Assembly: GCA_013416795.1 (NCBI GenBank)
Contig: RQSC01000025.1
Coordinates: 62,001-126,000, forward strand
Reading direction: 5' to 3'
DNA from: Prasinococcaceae sp. CCMP 1430
Lineage: Eukaryota; Plantae; Prasinodermophyta
DNA: 64,000 nucleotides
Made by a program: the position numbers and the translations under genes. Below the pieces are notes generated by a model that saw only the letters and a list, made by a program, of their open reading frames with translations, searched no databases and had not been told where the DNA came from. This document shows positions 32,536-44,100 of this stretch, piece by piece (the first letter of the stretch is position 1; each line of letters starts with the position of its first letter).

Positions 32536-32590
32536 GAATGGATTCCATAAATCCCTCGGAATCCCTTGCGGAATCCTCGTGAGGATTCCA
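32536..32590. repeat. GGAATCC/GGATTCC motif cluster, copy 3 (4-5 units)
   Basis: gaatggattccataaatccctcggaatcccttgcggaatcctcgtgaggattcca. Confidence 0.6.
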
Positions 32591-33247
32591 CCTGGCGGGC
32601 GCACACAAGGCCACGTCTCCCCGTCCGGGCTGCACCGGCATGCACGCTCTTCTTCGCCTCACTTTGGGTTTACGTTTACAACTGCCATTACCATCAGTAC
32701 AACCGCCCGTATCGACCCCCAACCCCAACTGGAACGCATATGACGAAGGCCAACCAACCAACCATTAACACCAACAACACCAACAACACACAGCAACACA
32801 CAACAACAAGCACGGCGAAGAAGGCGTCGCGTCCCTCGCCAGGCGGATGTACGCCCGCCTCCGTGCGCCTCCGCCGCGGCGCGCCCGGCGCGCGGGCGCG
32901 CATTTTTTTTGGATGTGTGCGTCGGTGAGACGCCCGGGGGCGGGCGAGGGAACGGGTGGCCGCGGATTTGGCGCGGGCGCGGCGGCGGCTGCCGCCGGCC
33001 GCGCGGTGGACCGTTGAGTTTGGGTTAGAATCAAAAAGGGTTTGAAAGTTGGGTCAATTGAGGTGAAATTGTTGGTGGATTCGTGTGGGTGACTGCGGTG
33101 GGGTTTGGGTTGGTGCGGGCTCGCCAGGCTCCAGAAGCCGCGCTCGCACACAGCTGCGCCGGGTGCCACAGCGCGCGCGCGCTGACCGCTCCCCCCCCCC
33201 GGCTCTTTCTTTCCCCTCCCCCTCGCGCCTCCGACGCGCGCGTGGAG

Positions 33248-34661
33248 ATGGCGGCGCTCTCGCTCTCGGGCGCCCGCGCGGCGGCGCGCGGGCGGCGCGA
33301 GCGGCGGCGGGGCCGGCGGCGGGGGCGCGGGCACGCGTTCCGGGGTCAGGGGGAGTTGGAGGGCGCGCACGTGCGCGTCGTGCCGCGCTGTCCCCTGCCT
33401 CGGCGACCTCCGCCCGTGCAACGCGCCTCCCCCCGCCCCCCAACCCCGCCCACCCAACCCCTGTGTGCGCACCTGCTCGCCGCCGCCGCTGACACGCGTC
33501 CCCCCTCTCATGCCTCCTCCCGCCCCGCTCGCGTGCGCTCCTTCCCGTGCGCAGGACTACTATGCGACGCTCGGCATCTCGCGTGGCGCCGACAAGCAGG
33601 AGATGAAGCGCGCGTACCGCAAGCTGGCGCGCAAGTACCACCCTGATGTGAACAAGGAGGCCGGCGCGGAGGACAAGTTCAAGGAGATCTCCAACGCGTA
33701 CGAGGTGCTCAGCGACGACCAGAAGCGCCAGATCTACGACCAGTTCGGCGAGGCGGGCCTCAAGGGCGGCATGGGCGGCGCCGGTGGCTTTGGTGGGCAG
33801 GGCGACTTCAGCAACCCCTTCGACCTCTTCGAGAGCTTCTTCGGGGCCGGCGCGGGCGGTGGCTTCGGCGGGGGCATGGGCGGCTTTGGCGGCGCGCGCT
33901 CGCGCAACGCGCCGACGCAGGGCGAGGACAAGCGCGTGGAGCTGGTGATTGAGTTCAACGAGGCGGTCTTTGGCACGGACAAGGAGTTCGAGGTGGTGCG
34001 ACTGCACACCTGCGACACTTGCGACGGCAGCGGCGTCAAAGCGGGCACCACGCCGAGGACGTGCGACCAGTGCCAGGGGCAGGGGCAGGTGATCACCATG
34101 GCGCGCACGCCGCTGGGCAACTTCCAGCAGGTGCAGACGTGCCCCAAGTGCGGCGGCGAGGGCGTGATTTCGACGCCATGCGGCACGTGCGGCGGTGACG
34201 GGCGCGTGCGCCGCGGCAAGCGCATCTCGCTGCAGGTGCCCGCGGGCGTGGACACAGGCAGCAGGCTGCGCGTGCGCGAGGAAGGCGACGTGGGCCGCAA
34301 GGGGGGGCCGCCGGGCAACCTCGTGGTGTACCTGCGCGTGAGGGACGACCCGGAGCTTCAGCGCGACGGAATCAACATCATGAGCAGCGTCACGGTGCCG
34401 TACACGGATGCCATCCTTGGCACCACCGTGCGCGTCAAGACGGTGGACGGCCAGGTCGAGCTGAAGATTCCTGCGGGCACGCAGCCGGGCACCACGCTGG
34501 TGATGGGCAAGAAGGGCGTGCCCAAGCTCGGCAACCCCTCGCAGCGCGGTGACCACAACGTGACGGTCAACGTGACCATCCCCAAGCGTATTTCGGACGA
34601 GGAGAAGGCGCTGGTCGAGCAGCTCTCCACCATCAGCACCGGCGTCAATGCGTCCGCTTAG
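33248..34661 (+). CDS. dnaJ: Type I DnaJ (HSP40), probably plastid-targeted; intron before the J domain
   Basis: Acceptor at 33553-33554, then DYYATLG...YHPDVN, a G/F region, four CxxCxGxG repeats and a C-terminal domain. The Arg-rich first exon starts at ATG 33248; its donor site is not pinned. Confidence 0.9.
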
Positions 34662-34998
34662 GGCACGGGAGGCGGCCGGACGGCACGGTGGGAGTTGGGG
34701 AGGGGTTGCAGTAGGCAGCAAAGCCGCGCAGTCCGGCGGACTCGACGCGGGCACTGACAGGCCGCGCTCGGGGACGCACCGAGGCCTCGAGGTGGGCAGG
34801 CGCCGTCGGGCGAGCCGCGACCATTCTTCGCGGCGCCCAGGGCGGCCTCGAGGCGACGGACTTGTGCGGCGCACGCGACGCGGCGCCCCTTCATGTAAGT
34901 ATCTACCGCACCAGGCGGTGCGCCGCAGAAAACAATCGGAAAAAATTGACGCAGGGCCAGCGGCACGCGCGCGCGCCCTGCAAGCGCGCGTTGGCGCA

Positions 34999-36363
34999 TC
35001 ATCTCGCGCGGCGCCTGCCCCCGCCCCCCTTGGGCGCGCGCTTGCCCTTGCCCTTGGTGGCCGTGGGCCGCTGTGCGGGCTGGCTGCCGAGCGCGTACAC
35101 CGTTGAGGCGTGATCGCCCGCCGGTGCCGAAGCCGTCACCACGGGCGTTGGCTTGATGGGCACCTGCGGCGTGCCAGCCGCGCCCGACCATCCCACGACC
35201 TCGGCGACGGCCGCTAGCCGCGCGTGCGAGTCCGGGACCACGTACATCATGCCCTGCCAACTGACGTTCACCAGGCCCGCCAGGATCCAGTACAGCTGCA
35301 CGCCGGAGCACATCTGGTGGGTGAATGCTGGCACGAACAGGCCCTGTTGTGGGGGGGAGGCGCGCGTCAGTCGCACGCTCGCGAAATGGGTGTGCCCATG
35401 CGCTCTACTTCTCTGCCGCGGCGCGGCACAGCCAGACCGCCGCCGACGCACCACGTAGGGCAGGTACTTGTGAAACTCCTGGCCAGGCACGGTGACGCCG
35501 GTCTGTTTGTTCACCATCGTGGCCAGCTGGAAGCCGCTGAACATGACGACGCCGTTGATGACGGGAAGCATGAGCGTCGGGTCGGCGACAGACAGGTCAG
35601 TAAACCACAACGCGCCGCCGGTCCTCCAGCTGGGCATGTTGGCAGCCATGGCGGTGATGCCCATGTAGCAACTGATCATCACTCCGAGGTTGGGCACGAG
35701 GCCAACAAAGGCCATGCGGGGGTCGATGCCGTACTTCTGGTACACCTTGTCAAGCTGCTCCTTCGCTGCGAGCGCCTCGGGGGACGCCGTGGGCTTCTTC
35801 CCGTCCTGCATGTCGGCCCACACCTTGGCATTCATGTCCTTGAGCGTCTGCTGCAGGGGCTCCGTCTCCGCCTTGGCGCGCTGCATGCGCGCGGTCTGCT
35901 TCATGGTCGTCATGAAGAAAGGCAGTAGCGCCGAGCGCGTCACCAGCGTCATCGCGCCCAACGCCGCCCACCACTCAAGGCCGAGCACCGAGTGGAACGC
36001 ATCCACGTATGACATGACCAAGCTGACGGGCAGGGACACGTCCTGCTGCGCCAGCGCGAGCTCGCTCAGGGCAGGCGCCGCGTTTGCGGCGCCAACTTCA
36101 CCCCCAGCCGTGCTGTTGCCCGAGACCGCCGCGGCGACAGCGCCACCCGTGTCAGTAGCAGCGGCGCTTGCCGCCGTGTCCGCCGTCGCGTCCGCCGCCC
36201 GGGCGTCCGCGCCAGCCGGCGCCGCAGCCGCGGCCGCTCTGGACAGCGGCGATGTGAAGAACCCCCTGCCAAGACCAGAGCGNNNNNNNNNNNNNNNNNN
36301 NNNNNNNNNNNNNNNNNNNNNNNNNNCCCGCTCCCCCCCTGCCGCGGGTGCGCTCTGTGGCAC
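34999..36363 (-). CDS. OXA1: OXA1/YidC-family membrane insertase (mitochondrial type); interrupted by a gap and intron 35451-35344
   Basis: GLEWWAALGAMTLVTRSALLP, coiled-coil region, GGALWFTDLSVADP..LP, GVQLYW and a basic C-terminal tail. The start codon is not resolved. Confidence 0.8.
   Translation of the reverse strand: MPQSAPAAGGERXXXXXXXXXXXXXXXRSGLGRGFFTSPLSRAAAAAAPAGADARAADATADTAASAAATDTGGAVAAAVSGNSTAGGEVGAANAAPALSELALAQQDVSLPVSLVMSYVDAFHSVLGLEWWAALGAMTLVTRSALLPFFMTTMKQTARMQRAKAETEPLQQTLKDMNAKVWADMQDGKKPTASPEALAAKEQLDKVYQKYGIDPRMAFVGLVPNLGVMISCYMGITAMAANMPSWRTGGALWFTDLSVADPTLMLPVINGVVMFSGFQLATMVNKQTGVTVPGQEFHKYLPYVVRRRRSGCAAPRQRSRAHGHTHFASVRLTRASPPQQGLFVPAFTHQMCSGVQLYWILAGLVNVSWQGMMYVVPDSHARLAAVAEVVGWSGAAGTPQVPIKPTPVVTASAPAGDHASTVYALGSQPAQRPTATKGKGKRAPKGGGGRRRAR
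36283..36326. other. Assembly gap (N run)
   Basis: Run of n characters. Confidence 0.99.
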
Positions 36364-36412
36364 CGCGACACGCCGCCGCCCCCTCCCTCCGACCGATCGC
36401 GTTCCGCCGTAA

Positions 36413-38081
36413 ATGAACCCTACGCAGATACTAACCTTTAAAAAGGTCTGCTGTACTGTAAAACCTCAACCCTCGCGGCGCTCGCGGTGGCACAGCCGCC
36501 GTGGGCGGGGGCTTGCTGCCGCGCCCGCCACAGGGCGCACGCGCGGCGCGGGGCTGGCCGACCCGCGCCCCCCGCCTGCGTCCGCGCCGTGTCGTTCCTG
36601 TGCGCCGCGTGCGACGCGGCGCCGCGCGCAGGAGGCGTCGGCGGTGCGCGCAGTGCAGCACCTCACGGCGCTCATCCGCAACAGCTCGGAGGGCACACTC
36701 ATGGGACTCGAGCGCGAGCTCACGCAGGCACGTGTCCGAGCGGCGCGCCTTCTCTCCTTCGCTCGCCCCCTCCCCCTCGTGCAACCGCACACATGCCGCC
36801 TCTCCTCTTTCGTGGTCGTGTCGCATGACCGACCGGGCCCCAGCGCAGTCCCGAATCTGCTACGTGCGATCGCTGACCCGGCGCGTGCGACCACGCGCTC
36901 TTCAGGGCGCCGAGGCGCTGAAGCGCGCCAATCCGGCCCTCGCTGTGGGGCTGGGCGCGGCATGCGACCTCTTCATGCGCTACGTCACGCGGACGAGCGC
37001 GCTCGAATCGGGGGATTTCAGCACTTGCAAGGTGCGCGTGCGCCTTACGCGCCTCGGACCTCACACCCTCGTACCCACGCACTTGCACGCCTGAGCGTAT
37101 GTGCCCGCGCCCGCGCGCGGGCTGACGCGGCGCTGCGTTGCGGTCTGCGGCCCCCGCGCGCGTAGCTGCGCCTCATCGAGCGTGGCGAGGCGTTCGCGCA
37201 GACTTCGTCGGCTGCGCGCCAGAAGATCGCTGCGATGGGCACCAAGCTGCTCAGGGACAGCACGACCGTGCTCATCCACGGCTTCTCGCGCTGCGTGCTC
37301 GCCGTGCTATACGAGGCCGCCAAGGCGGGGCGGAACTTCTCCGTCGTCGTCACCGAGGGGCGACCCGACGCGCAGGGGCTTGCAGCGGCGCAGGCACTCC
37401 GGCAGGTAGGTGTGCGCGGACGCGGGCCAGCGCGCGGGCCAGCGTGCAGGCAACTTCTCGCCCCTCGTCCCCATCCGCATTTCCGCCCCCCCCCCCCCGT
37501 TTCCCCCCGTACACACACGCGCGCAGTCACTCGTGCCCATCCCATCCATGCGGTTGCTGACGGGCCGGCGTGTCGCCTGGCGCTTTAGGCGGGCGTGCCA
37601 GTGACCATCTGCCTGGACGCGGCGGCGGCGTACGTGATGGAGCGCGTGGACATCGTGCTGGTGGGCGCCGAGGGCGTGGTGGAGAATGGGGGGATCGTCA
37701 ACAAGCTCGGCACGTACCAGCTTGCGCTGGCAGCCAAGGCGCTGGGCAAGCCCGTGTACGTCGCCGCGGAGTCGTTCAAGATGGTGCGGCTGTACCCGCT
37801 CAACCAGCAGGACCTGCCAGAGGCGGAGCAGCCGGTGGACTTTGGGCGAGCGCTCCCTGCGGAGGTGCGTGCCACCTGTACAGCGCGAGCGTATGCGCGC
37901 GGCGCTGCCGGCTCATGTGGTGCTGACCGGCGCGATCCGCCCCGCGCGTGCACAGACGAGGATCCTCAATCCAATCAGGGACTACACACCACCCGAGCTG
38001 CTCACGCTGCTGGTGACCGATCTAGGGCTGCTTACGCCCTCCGCGGTATCGGACATGCTCATCACGCTGCACACGCGGTGA
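36413..38081 (+). CDS. EIF2B1: Translation initiation factor eIF2B alpha subunit; multi-exon
   Basis: Exons 36632-36727, 36906-37030, 37166-37405, 37589-37864 and 37956-38081, with a possible first exon 36413-36445. Motifs [55 protein letters not shown] and RDYTPP...TDLG..TPSAVSD. Confidence 0.88.
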
Positions 38082-38199
38082 GCCTCGCCGCCGACAGTGT
38101 ATTCTAAAAGCAACCGGCCTTATTTTATGCGGGCGGGTCACGACGGCATCGGCGGCAGCGTGCGCCCTCTTCGGCGCGCGGTCCGCTCCACTTCGGCGC

Positions 38200-41100
38200 T
38201 CAGTCCCCGAGTGCGCGCAGCTCCGCCTCCCAGGCGGCATGCATGCGCCGGGCGCGCGCGCGACGCAGCCTCATGCACGCCGCGTCGACGGTCGCGTGCG
38301 CGCGCTCAGACATTGCCCATCGCGCAACTTCCGAGTCGTTCTCCCACGCCCTTGATGCGAGGGCCTCGTACGTCCCCTCTTCGTCCGCCAGGTAGTCATC
38401 GAGGAAGGCAGCACGCAACGTGTCGACGATCGCCTCGGGAGTGAGGTCGGGGTCGCTCCTGCGCAGAGCGCGCATCAGCGCATCGACGAGCACGCGACGA
38501 CGCAGGCGCATGCCCAGCTGAGCGCGCGCATGCTGCAGTGGCACGATGTCCCTGATGGCGCCCTTGGCCATCATGCGCTCGGGAACGTCGTGGAGCGCAG
38601 CAAATCGCGCAGCCGCCGCTCTGTACGCAGGCGCGGCCGCCGTCATGCGCGCGAGCGCTTTTTGCGAGGCGCGTGCGGCTCCGACGGCGTCCCCTGCCGC
38701 GGAGAGCTGCGCGGCGTCTCGCGTTGCGGCAGCCAGAGTCGTATCGAAGCGCTGCGCGGCCTTGTCCAAGCGGTTTCCAGAGAGTTTGATCTCGATGAGC
38801 CCCTCGGGCTCGAGGATGGAGCCACGCGCGCTCGGGTCGGCGTAGACTTCGATTTTGTCCGGGTTGATGTTGGTGTCGATGACCACCCACGCGCCCCCAC
38901 GGAGCTCACCAGAGGGGGGGATGTACACCGTGACGGGGTGCTCGTATGTCCTGAGCGCCTCGACGATGCCCGAGCCGTGCTGCAAAATACCCTCGTACAA
39001 GTCGCGCCGTCCGCCTGAGAAGCCGCGCCAACAGGCGAACACGACGACCGGAAGCGCCTCTCTGGCCATGTCCTCGAGTGCCTGCGCGGTCTTGGCGGCG
39101 CTGTCTGGATACCAGACCTGCCCGGCTTGCAGCTCGTCTACGTCTGTGGCCGAGTCGGACAGGCCTGGGTCGCCCGGCACGACCTTTGTCACCGCGGTTA
39201 CCTGCGTGGCGATGACTCCAACGGGGATGCCGCCGAGCGTCGCGCGGCCCACGACCACAGTCTGCGCCCAGCTCTCCATGAGCTCAACGAAGGAGCCGTC
39301 GTCAACGACCGCGGGGATGAGCTCGTGGGGCTCGGGCGGGGAGGAGCCCGCAGCAGCGCCGCCGGTGTTCTTGAGTATATCCGAAGCGCAAGGGGGCGGC
39401 CTCAGGAGTGCGTCGTATGCGTGCACGGTGGCCGCGGTGGCCGCCTGGGTGCCGCTAGCAGCACCGTCGACGGTGGTGTGGTCGCCTCCCGCTCGGTGGG
39501 CGCGAGCAAGCGCCGCGTCCAAGTGGCGCATTGTGTTGCTCAGTTCATCTTTCGCGTACGACGTGGGTCCGGCGGAAGCTTCTGGGGTGTGGCGAACGAT
39601 GGGCAGCGGCGGCGAGACTCCGGCCGTCCCTAGTACTAGATCGGGGACCGCCGCGCCTGGCGAATAGGGGCGTGGGTCGCTCGTCGAGGCTGTCGAGGCG
39701 TCGAAGGCAATGGCGCGCAGCGAGCAGGACCCATCGGCGCTCCGCTGCGCAGGATCGGCGCTGCGTGTGAGAAAAGCGGGTACGTGCTCGAGCCACTGGA
39801 GCATCGCCCGGAACCCCTGCTTGTCGTCTTCTACCACCATGTGGCTTAGACCGTTGTGGGCGTGGATCCTTGGACCCCCGAGCTGGTGGTGATTCGCGTA
39901 GACGTCTCGCCCAAGCAGTTTGTTCAGAGCGGCGGCACCGGTCAGGATAATGCTCGCGTCTTGCCTTTGGATGACCCGCCTGCCCAGCCTCGCCAGATAG
40001 GCGCCGATACCCACCGACAATCCCGACACGTACGTGAGCGTGAAAGTTTCGTCGTAGGCACGCGAGAACGCCGTGGCGGCCTTCGCGCTGCCCATCAGCG
40101 ACTCAACGCCTAGGCCGTCCTCGCTGCCTATCACCGCGTGCAGAACGTGCCGAACCTCGATGGCATCGGCCGAACTCGCCGGTGCGGCCACCTCCCTGCG
40201 CTCGGTGCGCACGGGCGCGGCGGCCTCCCCCCCCAACTCGCGCATGTCAGTTTCGCTGAGGTACAGGTAGTCGATGCCCAGAGTCGGCTGAGCGTCGTCC
40301 ACCCACGCGACCTTGAAGCGCGCCTGAACGTCTCTGGCCAGGCCCATGCGCGCGCCCGAGTTGCTCGCGTGATAGAGCAAAGGGACGCCCTCGAGCGAGG
40401 CAGCACGCGCGACGCGCGCGAAGAGCTCGTCCTCCTGGGGTCCGAAGCTGCCGCTCGCCACGGTCACGTCGTTTGCCAGCAGATAGCATGGCCGTCCCGA
40501 CGGGCACGAGGGCGTGCGCAGGACCAAACGCCAAGCGGCCATGGCAAGCTGCCCCTCCACTTCACGAGGGGTGGAGGGTGGTGCGAGACGCAGGCCGTCC
40601 GAGCGAGGGTTGATCTCGAGCAGTACAGAGGACAACAGAGGCGCACCATCTTCGCACTCGCCGCCTGTTTTCATGCCCGCCTCACCCGCGACGCAGCTTC
40701 GGTCGGGTTGGCGTCCCTGGCCACGCCACACCTGCTGGAGGGCGAGCCTCAGTGCCTCCGGCAGGTCGTAAATCCACACCGTGTCATGGCGAGCTGCGGT
40801 GAGACGGCGCTGAGCGATTGGCGACAGCGCCTCGTGCGCGCGGAGCGCCGGTAAGAGATCGCACGCGTCACCAGCGGTAAGAATTGGGGTGTCCTCTGCT
40901 GGACCGGCGCTGGCTGCCGCAGTCAGGCCTGCGTTGGTGTCGACCACCATGCGTCGCAAAAGCGCCCCAGATGCGAGCCGCAACCCGCCCTCGCGAGGCC
41001 TGTTGCCATCAAGTTCTTCTCTGTACACGCCGGTGATGCGACCAGTGCGCCCGCCCCACGGGGCTTCGCCAATAACCCGCCACCAAGACGCGGCATCGAA

Positions 41101-44100
41101 GCTCGACGACTGCGCGCTAGGCTCTCCCGCCTTGGCTTTCACCGAGATGCGTACTTCCCACTCGCGTATGCCCTGAGCCTCAAGTGCTGCTCCTTCGTCG
41201 CTAGTAGCATCCGCCAGCGGCGCGAAGGTATTGGCAAGCACGCGCGCGATGCGCTCGCCTAGGCTGTGGTCAGCGCCGAGGCCCGAGGAAGTAGTCGAGA
41301 CCGTCGAGGCGTGCGACGACTCGACGCACGCTGGCGACGTCCACACCGCGAAGCAGTGCGCCCACTCGGCAGAGCGGCTCGCCATGAGTTCCGGCATCGT
41401 TGCAGCGACCGTGTCGCTCACGCGCTGCGAAAGGCCGGGGAGGACGCTCGAGTGCGCTTCGCACAAAGGAGGCGGCGCGCGCATGACACATTGGGCGAAC
41501 ATGCGGCGGAAGGGGCGGCGTCCGGCGCCTTCAACCAGGGAGAAGGCGGCACCGGCGCGGTGGCGCATGGTTGACCCGTCTGCGCGCGCGCACGGCGACG
41601 GTCGGGAACCGCCACCGCCAGTGCCAGTCGTCGCGATAGTGCTGGTCGCAAGCTCCGCGTGCGCAAGCGGCTGCGTCAGATGCAGCACGCGGCACGTTTC
41701 CATGAGGTCGGCCTCGGCTGCCTCGAGGCCTTTCAGCTCGATCACTTCGTCGAAGTATCCCGTCCCTCCCACCGCGCGCCACCGGAAGGAGTGCCGGGCG
41801 GGCGCGGACGTGCCACGGCTGGCGAGCACAGTAACGAGCTCGACGCCTGCGGCACGGAGTGATGCAGACGCGGCCACCAGGGCGGGGCGGAGGCCCTCCA
41901 TGACCACCTCGAGCGTCTCGCGTGCGCTGTTGTCGTTGGGGCCGTCGAAGGAATCCGACGCCGAGCCCCAGCTGCGCTGCCGGACGTGCCCGCGGCCGCC
42001 CGCTCCGGAGCGGCGGCGGGTCTGCTCCAGGAGCATGAGCGCGTCGAGAGATACATGTAGCACCGACACGCCGTTCGCTCCGCATGTGCTGGCGCGTGCT
42101 GCGCGGACAGCCGACACCGACGCGCCGATCGATGCCGCTCTGACCGCAAGGTCGGACGCCGCGCGGGGCAGGCTGTCCCAGGTGCGAATGACCAGCATCA
42201 TGCCCGTCTGCGTCACTGAAGGCGCACTAGCGGCATGCGCGGGTGCCGCACCGGCAGCACTGCGCGGTGCGCCGCTGGGGAGGTAGCGCACGCCGGGCAG
42301 AGCGAAGCCGACGTTGAACTCCCACGCCGCTGAATCGAAGTCTCCACCAAGCACGCCCACATCCGAGGCCAGCAATGGCCCGTAGATCCTCGCCACGTAC
42401 GCTTTCATGGCGCGCGATCGCAGCGATGGCGACGCGTGGTTGAACAGGGCCGGCAGCGCCTCTTCGATTGGGGCATCGCGAGCGAGCAGGCTGAGCAGGC
42501 CGGTGGTGCCATCGCGGGCGTCGTCGAGGAGCTGCGCCCCTGCCGGCGTTGCACCCTGCGCCAGCCTCGCGAGTGCCTCGGCGGACTGTCTCGAGTGCAT
42601 CGTCCCGCTGGTCTCCTTGACGAGCTGCAGGTCAGAGAGCGCCCGGGCGCACACCGAGCGTAGCTCGGCGAGAGCGCCACGCTCCAGAATCGAGCGCGCC
42701 AGCGAGGACAGCGCCGCGCACTGCGGCGAGTGCGACATCATCGACGACAGGCGGCGCAGCTCGCTCACGTGCCGCGCGGGATTCGGCAGCACGACGCTTG
42801 AGAGCAGGACGTGCAGCATCGCCGCAGACTCCTCGGAGGCGGCGTGTGCACGTGCGGCGCCTACGATGTCGGCGATGCTGCTGTCCCACGGACCGATCTT
42901 TGCGCGAACGGACCCCTCGCTGGGCGCCCCGCCGGCAAACGCGTCCTGTATGCACAGGAATCTGCCTACGAGCTCGGCGATCACCCTGTGCGCGTGTCCC
43001 GCGCGGCCGCCTTCGAAGCGCCGCAAGCATTCGCATATGGACCTCGAGTTTGGATCGCTGCCGTCCGTGCGCTCCTCGACCCAGGCGAGCAGCTGGGCAG
43101 CCGGAAGCTCGGGCGCCGAACTGCTGCCACCAAGAGCGCGCTCGTACTCGCCCGTGATGGCAGCATCGCTTTGCACGAGGTTCCGCTCGAAGGTGTCGAC
43201 TGCTCGCGTCAGGTGCTCGCGCACCTTTGAGGGCAGGCGGGCGCCGTGCTTGCCGAGCACGTCGCGGAACGCAAGCAGCGGCAGCCACGCATCGTCCATC
43301 GCCTCGACGAGGTCTTGGGCCGTCGTGGTGGGCGAATCGTTTGCGGGTGCGAAGCCGTCCACGAGCCAGCGCGCAGCCTCGTGCGCGTCAACGAATCGCC
43401 TGTGGGCGTTCGTTGACGTGGTGGACGCGCCAGTGGAGCCCTTGAAGCCGCCGCGGAAGCGAGGCGTGCCGCGTCCCCCGCTCGTCCCGCTCTCTCCGTT
43501 GGCGGCGACGCGCGCCAGCTCGTCGCCCGCCGAGATGCTCTGGCCTTCGGAGGCCTTCCACGAGATGACGCCGCTCGCGCTTGTCAGCAGCGGCATGCAC
43601 ATCTTCATGACCTCGACCTCTGCGAAAGGTGTGCCCTCGACGACCTCCTCTCCGTCGGCCGCCAGACAGCGCACGAGGCGCCCGTTCGACGGCGCGACGA
43701 ACACCGACGGGTCCTTTTCGTTGGCCAGCAAGCAGCGCCTTCCATCGATGATCAGGCGCGTGCCCGCGGGCTCCTCCTGCGCGTACACGACGTGGCTCGC
43801 ATCGTCCAGACGCACGAGCAGTCCTCCGTCTCGCAGTCGATGCGCATCCACGTGCACTTGCTGGCGCTCGTCAGAGGTCTGCGTCGAGACAGAAGGTGCC
43901 AAGTGGAGGGGCGAGGCGTCCAGCTTTCCCGCTGCTGCCGCGGCGGCGGCCGTCGGACTGGTCGGTAGCGCGCCAGTGCTGCTTGCGTCGCCGGTGCCGG
44001 GAACCAGGCTGATAGTCCACCTCTCGGGGCCGTTCTGTGACACGCGCATGCTGACTCTGAATCCGCCGATCACCATCTCGTGCTCGTATACGGTGAGGGA

